In this document: piece after piece, positions 47,301-60,300 of the stretch
How the letters are laid out: the number at the start of each line of letters is the position of its first letter
Position numbering within the stretch: the first letter of the stretch is position 1
Assembly: GCA_002269645.1 (NCBI GenBank)
Contig: NIVC01002820.1
Location: 1 to 64,000, forward strand
Direction: 5' to 3'
Origin: Macrostomum lignano
Lineage: Eukaryota
DNA length: 64,000 nucleotides
Notes under the pieces: model-generated
What the model saw: the letters and a program-made list of their open reading frames with translations, nothing else
Database searches by the model: none
Told to the model about the DNA's origin: nothing
Position numbers and translations under genes: made by a program

Positions 47301-50300
47301 TGAGACCGAGTAGAGTACAGGTGAGACTGATTAGAGTACAGGTGAGACCGAGTAGAGCACAGGTGAGACCGAGTAGAGTACAGGTGAGACCGAGTAGAGT
47401 ACAGGTGAGACCGAATAGAGTGCAGGGTGAGACCGAGTAGAGTACAGGTGAGACCGAGTAGAGTAGAGTAGCATAGACGCAGACTCACATGGAAGCTGAG
47501 CTGCCTGGCGATGTACATGCCCCGCAGTTTCATATCCATAGCTAGCAGCTCCATCACTCCGATGCCCCGCCTCTCAATAGTATTGATAAACTCGGTGAAA
47601 GTGGGGAAGGCGCTGCCGCTGCCCCACAGGCCTAGCCGGGTCATGTAGCCCATGTTCTTGGGCTCCGAGGCGCCTGTGGCAGATGCGTACACAACCCGCG
47701 CCATGGGCAGCTGGTTCTGCAAGTCCAGCACAGTCTGGCCAGTCTTACTGGGCTTCTGCGACCCGGCTGGGTACAGGTTTTTGGCCCGGTGGCATTCGTC
47801 CAGGATGATGAGGCCTTCGAACTCCCTGCCCAGGTAGTTGACCAGCTGCTTTAGGCGGGTCTTGTACTTGCTGCTGGCGCTGCCGGACTCGCCAATTAGG
47901 GAGGCGTAGGTGGCAAAGATGCAGCCCTTGCGGATGCGACCGTTCTCATCGCTGTTGATCTTGGCGTACTTCATGCGGTGCAGGGCGTGCACTACGATGC
48001 GGTCCGCCTGCGGGGTTGGCAAATCAAGGTCGGGGACTCTGGGATCTAGATTGTAGATATGGGATCTGGATTGTAGATATGGGATTTAGATTTTAGATCT
48101 GTAGGATCTGGATTCTAGATACGGGATTCAAATTTTAGTTTTGTGGGATCTGGATTCTAGATCTGTGGGGTTTGGATTCTAGATATGGGATTTGGATTTG
48201 GATTTTAGATCTGTGGGACCTGGATTCGGATTTTAGATCTGTGGGACCTGGATTCTAGATCTGTGAGGTTGGGATTCTAGATCTGTGAGGTTGGGATTCT
48301 AGATCTGTGGAATTTGGATTCTAGATCTGTGGAATCTGGGTTCTAAATCTGTGGGATTTGGATTCTAGATCTGTAGGATTTGGATTCTAGATCTGTGAGG
48401 TTGGGATTCTAGATCTGTGGAATCTGGGTTCTAAATCTGTGGGATCTGGGTTCTAAATCTGTGGGATCTGGATTCTAGATCTGTAGGATTTGGATTCTAG
48501 ATCTGTGAGGTTGGGATTCTAGATCTGTAGGATTTGGATTCTAGATCTGTGAGGTTGGGATTCTAGATCTGTGGAATCTGGGTTCTAAATCTGTGGGATT
48601 TGGATTCTAGATCTGTGAGGTTGGGATTCTAGATCTGTAGGATTTGGATTCTAGATCTGTGAGGTTGGGATTCTAGATCTGTGGAATCTGGATTCTAGAT
48701 CTGTGGAATCTGGATTCTAGATCTGTGGGATTTGGATTCTAGATCTGTGGGATTTGGATTCTAGATCTGTGGGATTTGGATTCTAGATGTGGGATTTGGA
48801 TTCTAGATGTGGGATTTGGATTCTAGATCTGTGGGATTAGGATTCTAGATCTGTGGGATTTGGATTCTAGATCTGTGGGATTTGGATTCTAGATCTGTGG
48901 GATTTGGATTCTAGATGTGGGATTTGGATTCTAGATGTGGGATTTGGATTCTAGATCTGTAGGATTTGGATTCTAGATGTGGGATTTGGATTCTAGATCT
49001 GTAGGATTTGGATTCTAGATGTGGGATTTGGATTCTAGATCTGTAGGATTTGGATTCTCGATGTGGGATTTGGATTCTAGATCTGTAGGATTTGGACTCT
49101 AGATGTGGGATTTGGATTCTAGATCTGTAGGATTTGGATTCTAGATCTGTTGGATTTGGATTCTAGATCTGTGGGATTTGGATTCTAGATCTGTGGGATT
49201 TGGATTCTAAATATAGGATTTAGATTGTAGATCTAGATTCCAGCAATACTGACAGCATATAGAAACGGATACCCTCTCAAAAATCAAACTTGCGACCTCC
49301 CTCCCAGTCCTACTGTTCGGCAGTCCCTGCTATCAACGCACCAGCAGATCGCGCAGGTCTCGCTCCGCGTCTACCCGCAGGTCGTTAGACACGGACAGCC
49401 ACAGGGCGCGCTTCCTACCGCGCAGGTAATTCTCGTACAGCAGGGCGGCCAAGACGCGGCCTTTGCCCATGCCCGGCCCGTCGCCAAGGAGGTAGCCGGC
49501 CCGCTGGCCGCTAGGCAGGATGGTCTCGTGTCGCTGGCAGGCGTACACCACCGCCTCAAGTTGAGCACTGCTCAGCAGCGCGTCGTCGATTACTTCGCTT
49601 GGCAGGCGCAACTCGTAGTGCACGTCCGGCGGCTCCACAGCGGCGAGGGAGCTGGACTCCACCACCACATCCGGGTGGGCGCTGCCGATGCGGAGCTTCT
49701 GCGGCCTGTGTGAGATGGAATGCATGAGGCCCTGACTTGTTGTCGACGTTGACTCAGAGTTGATGTCTGACTCATAACTCATTTACTATAAACTGACAAG
49801 TCAGGCCTCACTGACTGACAAATCATATCTAACTATTTATTATCGACCGACAAATCATGCTTGAGTTATTTATTAGTTATTGTAACATGACAGACATTTC
49901 ATGTCTGACTCATTCACATAGACTGACAAATCATGTCTGACTCATTCACATAGACTGACAAATCATGTCTGACTCATTCACACAGACTGACAAAACACGC
50001 CTGACTCATTCGCATAGACTGACAAAACACGCCTGACTCATTCGCATAGGGTGACTAATGTCTGACTCATTCACATAGACTGACAAATCATGTCTGACTC
50101 ATTCACATAGACTGACAAATCATGTCTGACTCATTCACACAGACTGACAAATCATGTCTGACTCATTCACATAGACTGACAAATCATGCCTGACTCATTC
50201 ACATAGACTGACAAATCATGTCTGACTCATTTATCATAAGCTGACAACCCGAGTCCGCCCTGAAATGCAAAACGCCGAGTCACCTGTAGTCGTTGTAGGT

Positions 50301-51347
50301 TTCCGCCGCTCCCAGCTCCTCCAGCTGGTCCTCCAACTCGTCGGCGGCCTCCTCGCGCAGACGGCGCAGCGCCAAATTTCGATGCGCCAGTCGGTCCCGC
50401 GCCAACCGCTCGCGCTCCTGCTGAGTCAGCGCTGGGGCGGAGGCCGCCGATTTCAGAGTCGATTGAGGCGTCGTCGAACCCGAGCCCGGCTGACCGACGG
50501 TGACCAACGGCGAGAAAGGCGCGCCGACAGGCCCAGACTGGCGGTGGTTGCTGCGTGGCAAACTCTGCGGAGTGGACAAGCGCACCTGGAACGGCACCTG
50601 GACTGGTTGCGGCTGCGGTGGCTGCTGCTGCGACGGGCCGGTCAAGCTGCCGAGGCCGCTCTCGGCCAGCGCCAGTTCCAGCAGGTCAGTCGGCTTATCG
50701 ACCGGAGGCGGCGCCTGCCGTGGCAGCTGCGGCGGCGCCAGACGCACAATCGGCCGGACGCCGCCGTAAGAAGGCGCCGGCGCGCCAGGCGAAGCGAATC
50801 GCAGCGCAGCAGAAGAGGACGACGACACGATCACGTGATGCCGTATCACCGCCTGTCCGCGGCTCCCCGCGCCGGCGCCGCCTCCGCCTGGCGCCACCTG
50901 CAGTATGACGGCGCCAGACGGGGCGCGCAGGCCGGAAGCTACGGAGGTCCCGCGAACAATCTGGTAGCGATGCTGAGGCAGCACGGCGGCTGCGGGGGCC
51001 GGCGCGGTGGTTGCTATGCCGTTGCTAGATGAGGAAACCGACTGATGACGAACGATGATGGGATTCGGAGACTGGACTGATGGCACAGGAGCTGACGTCA
51101 CAGGTTGCTGACCCGGCTTGATGATCAGCTTGTCAATCTCGTCATCGTCCAAATCCTCTAAAGACTCTTCAACCGCCGCCTGCTGAGGCTCGTTGCCATT
51201 GGCAACAGAATGCGGAGCTCCATTGTTCTGCTTATCCTTGTCGTTATTGTTGGTCTCGCTGGCACCGTTCGGCTGCTGCTGGCCTGCAGCGCCGGAGCTG
51301 CCGAAGTCCTGCGACAGAGCCTCGTTGAACAGGTCGAGCTGGTCCAT
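41322..51347 (-). CDS. SBNO1: Strawberry notch homolog (SF2 helicase-like), 9 exons, 1366 aa
   Basis: Exons 51347-50284, 49705-49342, 48007-47489, 45801-45574, 44911-44414, 43917-43783, 43662-43057, 42561-42160, 41606-41322 (GT-AG, 4101 nt, frame-consistent). Motifs [85 protein letters not shown]. Confidence 0.95.
41955..42183. repeat. 75-bp tandem repeat (about 3 copies) spanning the SBNO exon 8/intron 8 junction
   Basis: GACACCCACCTGCTCCCACAGCCGCTTG at 42001, 42076 and 42151. Confidence 0.92.
42620..43005. repeat. Degenerate 14-15-bp CACTACAG-rich array, SBNO intron 7
   Basis: Repeated (A/C)CTCCACTACAGC units. Confidence 0.9.
44010..44360. repeat. GGACCAGG-rich array (43-bp higher-order unit), SBNO intron 5
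   Basis: Unit GGTGGGAGGACCAGGAAGGGCCAGGCGCCAAGAGGAAGGACCA. Confidence 0.9.
45023..45560. repeat. 39-bp minisatellite, SBNO intron 4
   Basis: Unit TTCTACTTGTTAGTAGTCTGTAAGGAAAAGCTTCGGTAT. Confidence 0.95.
45875..47465. repeat. Two abutting arrays in SBNO intron 3: 23-bp (about 45875-46900) and 21-bp (about 46985-47465)
   Basis: Units GGCTGAGACTAGATTGGCTATA(A/G/T) and GTGAGACCGAGTAGAGTACAG. Confidence 0.95.
48040..49240. repeat. 22-bp minisatellite, SBNO intron 2
   Basis: Unit TTTGGATTCTAGATCTGTGGGA with variants. Confidence 0.95.
49895..50240. repeat. 32-bp minisatellite, SBNO intron 1
   Basis: Unit GACTGACAAATCATGTCTGACTCATTCACATA. Confidence 0.93.
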
Positions 51348-52006
51348 CAGCTCGATGGCCGGCCAGCCGCTGCTCCAAGGGAGTCGAGGCTGATGGACGA
51401 ATTCGCTAACGCCCCGGGAGGTCGCCCAGCAACGAAATATTTGATTGCAGTAAAATTAAATTCAATTGTTTTTAACAAAGACGGAGCTCGCTTTTCAACT
51501 ACCAGAAATGCAAATTTAGAAGTAATGGAAAAAGATTCTGGTACAAAATAAAATACCTTTAATGTCTATCGAAATAATTAAAAACCTTGTTAGTTGTCCT
51601 AATTACAGTACAAAATATTTTTACAACATTCAGCAACAATAAAAATTGCTTAAAATAGCATTAACATGCATTTCTTTCTTCTTTAAAAACTTGCAGTGAA
51701 TGTGAAACATGCTTAACACATTCCATAGTATGCACAAGCATTAGCCTTGCATTCTTAATGAGTAATTCAAAGAATAAGCAATAATTCAATTATTGTCTTT
51801 GAGAACCAATGTATTCTCCTGTGCATTCCCAAAAAATCTTCAAATTTTAGTCAAATTCTATCAAAAATGGTCTATGCAACAACTTGCACCTTGGTCTACC
51901 ATAATTTATGCTAGGCTAGCCATATTGGTTGGATTGGTTGGCAATTGAGCATTTATATATAAATGTGTACCTGTGCATATGACTATATTATACTATAGTC
52001 CAATCC

Positions 52007-52381
52007 ATCCAATATACTAAAAATGGTCTGTCTGTGTCTATCTATCTATGTGATCGATTAGAGAAAAAATGGCTGGACCAATTTTGTTCGAACTTGCACT
52101 GTTTGATCAGAAATTTTCCCGTGACTGTACATGCATTGTGGCTAAGAAATTGCTCGATGCTAAAGGCATTAAATATTCGAAAAACATGCTTTTTTGCAAA
52201 GGTCAAGCAAACTTTTCGACTTGAAATGCATTTTAAGAATACTAGAGAAAAAACTGACTGGTTGAATTCTGATTCTGAAATAGATTGCATCATAACTGAA
52301 TTGTAACTCCGACTTGAATTGAAAATGCAGTGTGGAAGCTGTATTTTTTTGGCTCCCCAACGGGGGGCACTGATTGCTAGT
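52007..52381 (+). mobile_element. Putative non-autonomous Helitron/HINE-like element
   Basis: 5' TC start with a TCTG/TCTA microsatellite and AAATGGCTGGACCAATTTT motif; 3' GC hairpin GCTCCCCAACGGGGGGC followed by CTAG|T; no TSD. The left boundary is approximate. Confidence 0.45.
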
Positions 52382-52916
52382 TGGTACTAAAAGTAATGCT
52401 AAAAGTCTAGTCTATAAACTAATTTTGTGCGATTTGGTTGTTGATCTATCTATAATTGATTTTTAAAGAACCATTAGTCAATTTTTTTACAAATTAGTCT
52501 TAAAAAATTGGTGGTCATGTCTAGCATTTTTGATTTAAAAAAATTGAATTGGAAATAGGTTTAAATATAAAAACTGTTTTCAATGCTTTCAATTGACATT
52601 CCATTTGAATTTTTAATTTGAATGCCTTTTATAGGGTCTTTGTGTGTTAGTATCATCTAATCTACCATGCCAATCAAAACTTCAAGTCATTTTATGTGGC
52701 CAGGGCTTCATTTAAAAGTTAGATATATATATTAATTATTAGACCTAACCCTGGCCTAGACCTAATCTAGGCCTAACAATTAATTATAATATAGGCTAAG
52801 GCTACATTAAGCCTAGGCTATTATACTAAAAAATCATTAATATTAGATATATGAATATGATAGACATACTAGTAATATACTGAAATATGTTATAAATAGT
52901 AGATCTTTATAAATCC

Positions 52917-53542
52917 TAGTGTTCCACCATAAGGAGGGTCTATGTACCGTAGCCGTAGCCATAAGCAAAACTACAGCTTATTCCAATCCTCCATATTCCA
53001 TAGCCGTAGGGACCCCAAAATTACCATATTCTCATAGTTCCCATAGCCATAGCTGTAGTTTTAACAAAAAGTCTAGAAAACAAAATATTTTGAATCAAGA
53101 AGATAACCTGGTGCTTAAACAACTGCAAATTAAGTTAGAAAATAAAAGAAACACTCGATTGCCCTTGTAAGATTTTTTTTTGTATTTTTTTAGAGCAACA
53201 ATACTTAATCGTTACTGAAAGTACTAATGCTAAACTTTTTCACATTGATTAAAATTAGAGTTTGCTAGTGTTTTATTATACTTTTTTAGAAATATTTTAT
53301 AAGTTTCTAGGTTGATAATACAGTTTACTAAAAGTATCTTTGCTTTATTCTACCTGTTTCTAATATTTTTTCAATTTTTTAATATTAATCTATGGAATGT
53401 GACAGCAACTACCATATTTCTGTAGTCATAGCCATAAGAGCAGCTAGCTATCATAGGCATATCCGTAGCTGCCATAGGCACCTATTTTACCATATTTGCC
53501 ATAGGATCCCATAGCCGTAGCTACAGCTATGGTGGAACACTA
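52917..53542. mobile_element. Non-autonomous hAT-type MITE, family A copy 2 (626 bp)
   Basis: TIRs TAGTGTTCCACCATA / TATGGTGGAACACTA; perfect 8-bp TSD ATAAATCC (52909-16, 53543-50); homologous to 6309-6949. Confidence 0.92.
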
Positions 53543-53989
53543 ATAAATCCCCAGTTTTTTTATTCAATCATCAACTATCAACATAGTTTATACTCTGCCA
53601 TGTATTCAATTGTTTTAGAATTCATCAGCAACTATGTGAAAAATATAGAATTAGAAGTTTGACACAGATTGCTTTTTGTAGATTTTTTATCTATTATGGT
53701 TCAAAATTTAAAAGTGCTTAAAGTTCAAAAACTTGATAAGACCATATTCTAGAATGACCAATTTACTACTGCAATACAAAAACTTGTTAATAGTTAGTAG
53801 GATAGAGTAAACATAAAATGGAGTACATTCGTATAAAATTAGGATTTGAGGCAAACATTTGATATTGTTGGCTGGGGTATGTGCTGCACAAAATATTGGG
53901 CAATGTCTGTCTGACTCTAAAACATGTATTGGCAAACTCTGGCCTCTGCCTCTGACTCTCCCTTTGTACCTTGGATCGATTGCAACTTG

Positions 53990-54275
53990 TATCTTCTCTT
54001 CTGTTTCCTCTCTTCTCTCTCATCCCTCATCTCTGCTTTCTTTTCTTTCTCTTCTCGTCTCTCCCCCTTTTCTCTTGTCTCTTCCTTCTCCTCTCTACTC
54101 TTTCCTCTCTCTCTTTCCTCTCATCTCTTTTCTTGTTTTATCTCTCCTCTCTGAGAGAGTCTCTTGTCTCTTCCCTCACCTCTCTTCTCTCTTGTTTGCT
54201 CTCTTATCTCTCCTTTCTCTTCTTTTATCTTTTCTCTCTTATCTCTTCCCGTTTCTCTCTGCTCTGCTCTGCTCT

Positions 54276-54350
<75 letters not shown>

Positions 54351-55036
54351 TTTATCTCTCCTCTCCTATTTCTCTTCTCCTCTCTACTCTCTCCCCTCTT
54401 CATTCTCCTCTTTCCTCTTCTCTCTCCTCACTCACTTCTCTCTCCGTCTCTCCTCTTTCTAGTCTCTGTAATCTCTTATCTCTTATCTCTCCTCTGTTCT
54501 CTCTACTCTCCCATCTCTCATCTGTTCACCCTCATCTCTGCTCTCTCATCTGTCATCTTTACTCTTTTACATTCTCTCACTTGTCTCCTCTGTACTCTTC
54601 TCTTTCACCTCTTCTGACTCCTCTCTTTCCTCTCTCCTTTCTCTTCTCTTCTCTTCTCTTCCCTCTTCTATATTCTCTCCCTCTCTTGTCTTCTCTCTAA
54701 CTCTCTCTATTCTCTCCTCCTTTTTCTTTCTTATCTCACTTCTCATCTCTCCTTCGTCTGTTCACTCTCATCTTTGCTCTCTCATCCCCCTCGCTCTTCT
54801 GTCATCTTTACTCTTCTCTTTCCTGTATATACTCTTCTCTTTCCCCTCTTTTGACTCCTCTCTTTCCTTACTCTCTTTCTCTCTTCCTCCTCTCTTCTTT
54901 TCTCTTCCCTCTTCTATACTCTCTCTCCTCTATTATCTTCTCTCGTCTCTCTGCACTCTCATCTCACCTTTTTAATCTCTCATCTTTACTTTCTCATCTC
55001 TACTTTCATCTGTCTCATCTCTACAATCTCATCTCT
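53990..55036. repeat. CT-rich low-complexity tract with a perfect (CT)n core
   Basis: About 1 kb almost purely pyrimidine on the + strand. Confidence 0.95.
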
Positions 55037-55954
55037 CAAGTGGAGCAGCGCTATGGAGGATTTAGTGAAAAAAATTGCGCATTTTGAGCAGTTTTTTATA
55101 CTTTTAGGTAGGAAGACTTAAGTCTAGGAAATTTAAAGGTAGCCTAAGACATTCTCTGTAGTAAGTTTAGAGTAGGTGTAAAGTTTGGTGTCATTTGGTT
55201 GAGCGGTTTGGGAGTCCATAGCAATCAAAATTGTCTACACACAAACATACAGAGTTTTGATCTTTATATGTAGAGATATTAGCCTAGATTTAAGTGTGGG
55301 CATGCACTCAAATTTTTTGGCATGCATTTGTTAGGGGCCTATTATTCAATTTTTGTTCAAGTGTACACTTAGCATGATCCAGACTATGGTTCAGACCTTG
55401 GCTACAATAAAATAGTAGAGTATATTATAAGGCCTAGACAAATAGAAAAAAATTACCTAGAAAAGCATATAAAATGAAATATTTCATTTATAGGATATAT
55501 ACTTTTAAAACACTTATTTATATACAAAAGCTAAAAATATATAGAGTAGTTATAATATTTGGCAATCTTAGTTTTTTGCATTGAATTATTTTAATATGAT
55601 ATTATATTATAAAACAAGTTTGAATAGCACAATAGACATAAGCATAACAAAAAATGAAAAATACAATATAAAATGCTAGTCAATTACCTATCTCAAGAAA
55701 ATGTAGTGCATGCTAGAATTTTCTAGCATGCATTTGAAAATGTCAATATGCACAGTATGCATTATAAAATATCAGCATCTAACTAAAAGAAAGTTATAAT
55801 TATGAGCATGCATAAATGGCATGCAATATAGATTATGACAAATTGGTATAAATCATATGATCTTTAGTTTAGGTGACATGTATGCTGGGATTTCCCAGTA
55901 TACAACAAAGGTCTTACCATTTTTATCATATATCAAGATATATCCTAACATACA

Positions 55955-56110
55955 TGCGCAACTTTGGGAATCACCCGGCCGTTTCTATTGGCAACACATA
56001 CATGTAAGTCGCTATTGGCTGAGAGCAGTCACGTGACTACTATTCCATCCAATAGCGACTTACGTGTGTGTGTTGCCAATAGAAATGGCCGAGTGAATCC
56101 CAAGGTTGCG
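55955..56110. repeat. Imperfect inverted repeat (about 65-bp arms), foldback/MITE-like
   Basis: GCGCAACTTTGGGAATCAC...GTAAGTCGCTATTGG pairs with CCAATAGCGACTTAC...GTGAATCCCAAGGTTGCGC. Confidence 0.75.
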
Positions 56111-56681
56111 CCCAAGCATGTATCCCAATGTACATGACATAGCAGATACTGAGATACATTGTGTCAAATGACAATTTTTTGTATTGGTACATAAACCCAA
56201 CATACAAATCAGGTCTTGTCATTTTTTCTGGCATTAAACCCGGTGTATACTAATATACAATCCAAACTATGGCATATGATGGATAAACATTCAAAGTTTT
56301 TTTTATTAGAGGCAGGGGGGTTATGTGCACCCTGGCGCATTTTAAGCAACATAGGCATACAACTGGCGAGAGGCATTACTGCCCATTCTGCTGACTTCCC
56401 TGAGTAAGCACACAAGCACGCGGATATGTACATAGGCACAAACTCACACAAGAGTGTACAGCAGCCCTAACTTTATTTATTGTTAGGCATGTATACTTCA
56501 CTGCACCTTGGGGGAGGGGGGGTTGGCTCTCAAGGCCATTAATTACATGAGCAGAGCCAAGCTAAGATTCCAATTCAACCCCAAATTAATGTGACTGCAC
56601 TTGGAATCAAGCCTGGGTTGCTAGCACACCAGAGCAGCTGCACTACTGCTAGGCTACGGCCCCCCTAACATTCAAAGTTAT

Positions 56682-57372
56682 TAGAGCTGTCAAAATTAGA
56701 GATTTTATTCGAGACGAGATTCGAGACGAGAAAGGCTTATAAGTCGAGAATTTCAAGACGAGACAACAAAGACGTCAAAGTAAATCTAAAAAATATATTT
56801 TAGAATTGCATCTTGTCTTGCTCTTATCTTGCCTTATCTTGTCTTAAATTTCTTGATAAGATACAATTCTAAAATATATTTTTTAGATTTTCCAGAATAC
56901 TTTCTTAATTCTAGTTTAAATTCTTTGCTATTTATTCATAAGAATTTATGCTTGTAGCATATAGGCCCTTGGCCCTACTATGTCTATTACTAATTTGTCA
57001 AAAGACCTGTGTAGATTGTCTTCAAGTCTGCTATGATACACCTTGCTGCAGAACTGAAATGATAACTAAAAGAGCACATATGCGATGCAAACTCATATAT
57101 AACGACGTTCGTTAAATAACTGCTCGACATTGGCTAGATTTTACCATTTGAAAATTGCCCTATCAAGCGTGTTACAACAAACAGTTGTATTTATATGAAA
57201 ATTTGCTCCCCTTTTTATATCTTATCACTTAAAAGCTTTTGAAAAAAGGTATCAGAAAAATTCTTGAATCTCGTCTCGAATTTCTTGACAAAATTCGAGA
57301 TTTCTCGAGACGAGAAAAAATGTCGAGATCTTATCTCGAATCTTGTCTCGTCGAGATCTCGTGACAGCTCTA
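56682..57372. mobile_element. hAT-type MITE, family B (691 bp)
   Basis: TIRs TAGAGCTGTCA / TGACAGCTCTA; subterminal CGAGACGAGA repeats; perfect 8-bp TSD AAAGTTAT (56674-81, 57373-80). Confidence 0.92.
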
Positions 57373-60300
57373 AAAGTTATTTGTTGCAAAAAGTATTTAT
57401 GATTTAAGGCTAAATTAGAAGAGTATAAATTTGAATATGTTACGTTTTTGTAGTAATTCTACATTTATTACTGTAAAGTTGGTAATTTAATCTGTGCAAA
57501 CAGTCGCAAAATAATTCGCAATTTTTGTCGCATTTTTTGCAACCTGTACAGGTGTGCAAATTTTTTTTGCATTGCACAATTTTTCGCATTTTTTTTCCCG
57601 AACGCAAAAATGCGTTGCAATTTTCGTGCATGAATTCCATCCTGGCCCACCTCCTTCCTGACTATGGGAGATAGGCACTACTCCACTACTAAGATGCAAA
57701 TACTGCAAATAAAGTGCTTTCCACTTAAAAATGGCTAGCGGACAACCTTCTCCGCCAACATAGATTGTGCCACCTCAAGAGGTTCGTCCAGCCCTTGAAC
57801 TAACAAATATGGACACTTCTAAGCACTTCTAAAATTTTGCCATAATGAAAATATTCATTCTTGGAAAGTTTCATGTCAATATTCTGTGCCTAGATCTAGC
57901 TAGAAGAGGTTAGCAGCCTAGACATAGACGATGGACGTCGAGTCGTCGACTGAATAATCGACTAAGCAATGAAACTATTATCTTGATATAGGCCTATATA
58001 TTGGTTGATACTAGGCCTAATCCTAATACAAGCTTTAGACTCCAGCTCCAGATTCAACGTAGACCTACTTATTAAAGCTGATTAAGAGTACTTTGTCGTC
58101 TAGCCGGTAGCCTACAAGATTCTGACTAGGCCTAGTGACTACAGACACCTGCCACACCTTCGAGTCACAAAATTAAATATTCAGAACCTGTCCTGTCTAA
58201 ACTAAAGAAGCGCGCGCGCTTATAATTTCAATAAACCGCGAGTCAATAATTTGGTTCAAGTTTAAAATAGATAAAACACTTGTTTTAACAAAGAATACCT
58301 TAATTGGTATAATATCCGCATGAGTTGCATATAAATAATATGCAATAATTTTTTTAAATCATGGCTATTTATTTTTCTTTTGCTATAGTATACTTCAGCA
58401 TCAGAAGTACGTAGATTGTCCTAATCGACCTTTGTCCAAATAACGTCAGCTGTTATCTGCAGTGTGATACACGTGTCGCAACAGAATACTTTTTGATGAA
58501 TAGGCTAAAAACTTGAAAAACTGAAGATATACTGCAGTCTTCAAAATTCATCATAGAAGTAACATGATTTGTGCGTGCACTGCACTACTATAATGCACAG
58601 AACATGTGCGTCGATGTATTTACATGTTCATGTATATAGGGTATATAGGAAAATTTAAAAATTTAGAAGCTCCGATCCTTTGCTCTCTCATCGCAATAGA
58701 AATCGATCAGTCATAAAATCATGATGGGTTCCGCCTTTTTAAGCCTGTAGCTTCGGGCCGATCAGAACTCAGAAAAGAATCACTTAAAGCTCCGGCCTCT
58801 CACTCCTGTCAGATGGTCAGCCCCGTGGTAGCAAGATTGTGGGTGAGCAGCAAGGTCCTATAGCCAAGAGAAGACAGCGAGAGACAAGCAGGGATAATTT
58901 GAAAGGTAGAGATTAGCTAATCCACAGATTAACCAACCCGCTGCCACCAGGTCCGTGCGCCCCGGCTCACCAAACCCGAGCTATCGAAATCGGACTTCCG
59001 ACTAGAGGAGCATACTGCACTTACCTGCCATCTAGTGTCTTTTAGCTGTCTATCTCGAAGTCATAGCCGAATAGAAGGGACACTGCTGGGACTAAGATCG
59101 CATTGGCCATGCAGGGACAGAGAGGACTTTTGCAGCGGGTTCTTGCGCTGGCGAGCCTTTATACACTACTAAATGTACTATTTCATTACCGAATTCCCAG
59201 AACTACATTTACAAGTACACATAACTGCACACCTTTGGCACTAAATGTGTTAACGCGTCGACAGCGATGATGTAGGTGTATTTGCCGCCTTTGGAGACCT
59301 TTACTAACATTTAGCTCGTTTTAGCCGCTTAGCTGCCTGAGACTGCGCGAAAGCACCAGTCTGGCACTTAGGTTGCATGCTTATCATGATTGCTTAGATC
59401 GACTGATTGACTGGGAACTGTGCCGCTTCCGGTCCACTGTGACCTCTGCCCCTAGATCTAGCCACTCATCTCAGCTGGCATTGCGAAGATGAAAGAAAAC
59501 ACTAAGTCTTTAACTTCCAGATTTAACTTTCTCACTTAATCCGCAATCTTAAACGCCTTAGATTGAGTCAGAGCTAATGGCTACTTTTAGTATTAAATTT
59601 TAGTATATGGATGACACTTCTGCCTCGAGTTTGGCACGCAAAAAGCAAGTAAGCAAAAGTGCAAATCCTATCAGACTACCTAGGAAGGGGTCAAACAAAG
59701 GGCGCACCCAGTTAAGCAGGTCAAGAAAGCCTCTCACCAAACCAATCAGAGGACCTAACTGCCGGTAGCCAAGGGATCCACAGAGACCGAAGCGCTCGGA
59801 TGGGATGCTGCTGCTGATCTTAACTGACGAGTGCCGCCGGTACTCTTCACTTTCCGGTTGTCGTTGCTGCTCTTAGATCACTGCCGGGAGATATTGATGA
59901 TGCTTCCCAGGGGGAACTTAGCTGTTGAAGCCGAAACTGCTGGGGGAAGGGGGATCAGGTCGGCAGGACCGCAGGGAGAATAGCCTGAAGGGCAGTATCA
60001 GCTGGCCAAGTTGTTTCGAGCGCGGGTCGAGTTGCCGCCTTCTATAGCTCTCATGCGGCCGATTTGTTATAACGCGCGCCGAATTTTCTGATTGGCTGAG
60101 AGCTTTTGTTAAAATAGGCGCCGAATTTTCCGATTGGACGAGCCGGGGGCAGTCAGGTCGTCTCTGATTGGCTGAGCTCAAGACCCTAAACCCACCCCAC
60201 CAGGTGGCCTTCAGACCCCAAGAAGTTGACAGGTGCGGTCATAAATCATGTGCAAAGCATAATAAAAGTCACTTGTCTAGACATCCTGGCGCCAAAAGTG

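Noticed and set aside
46967-47488. C-terminal TRSHLYS repeats on the 351-aa SBNO ORF
   Set aside because: Read-through past the GTGAGT donor at 47488 into the 21-bp array; SBNO homology resumes in exon 4.
53859-54700. Leu/Ser-rich ORFs that look like multi-pass membrane proteins
   Set aside because: Translations of CT-rich low-complexity DNA.
55045-55277. Possible HINE/Helentron-type 3' end (GTAAAGTTTGGTG...CTTTATATGTAGAGAT)
   Set aside because: Resemblance from memory only; no second copy or definable 5' end in the window.
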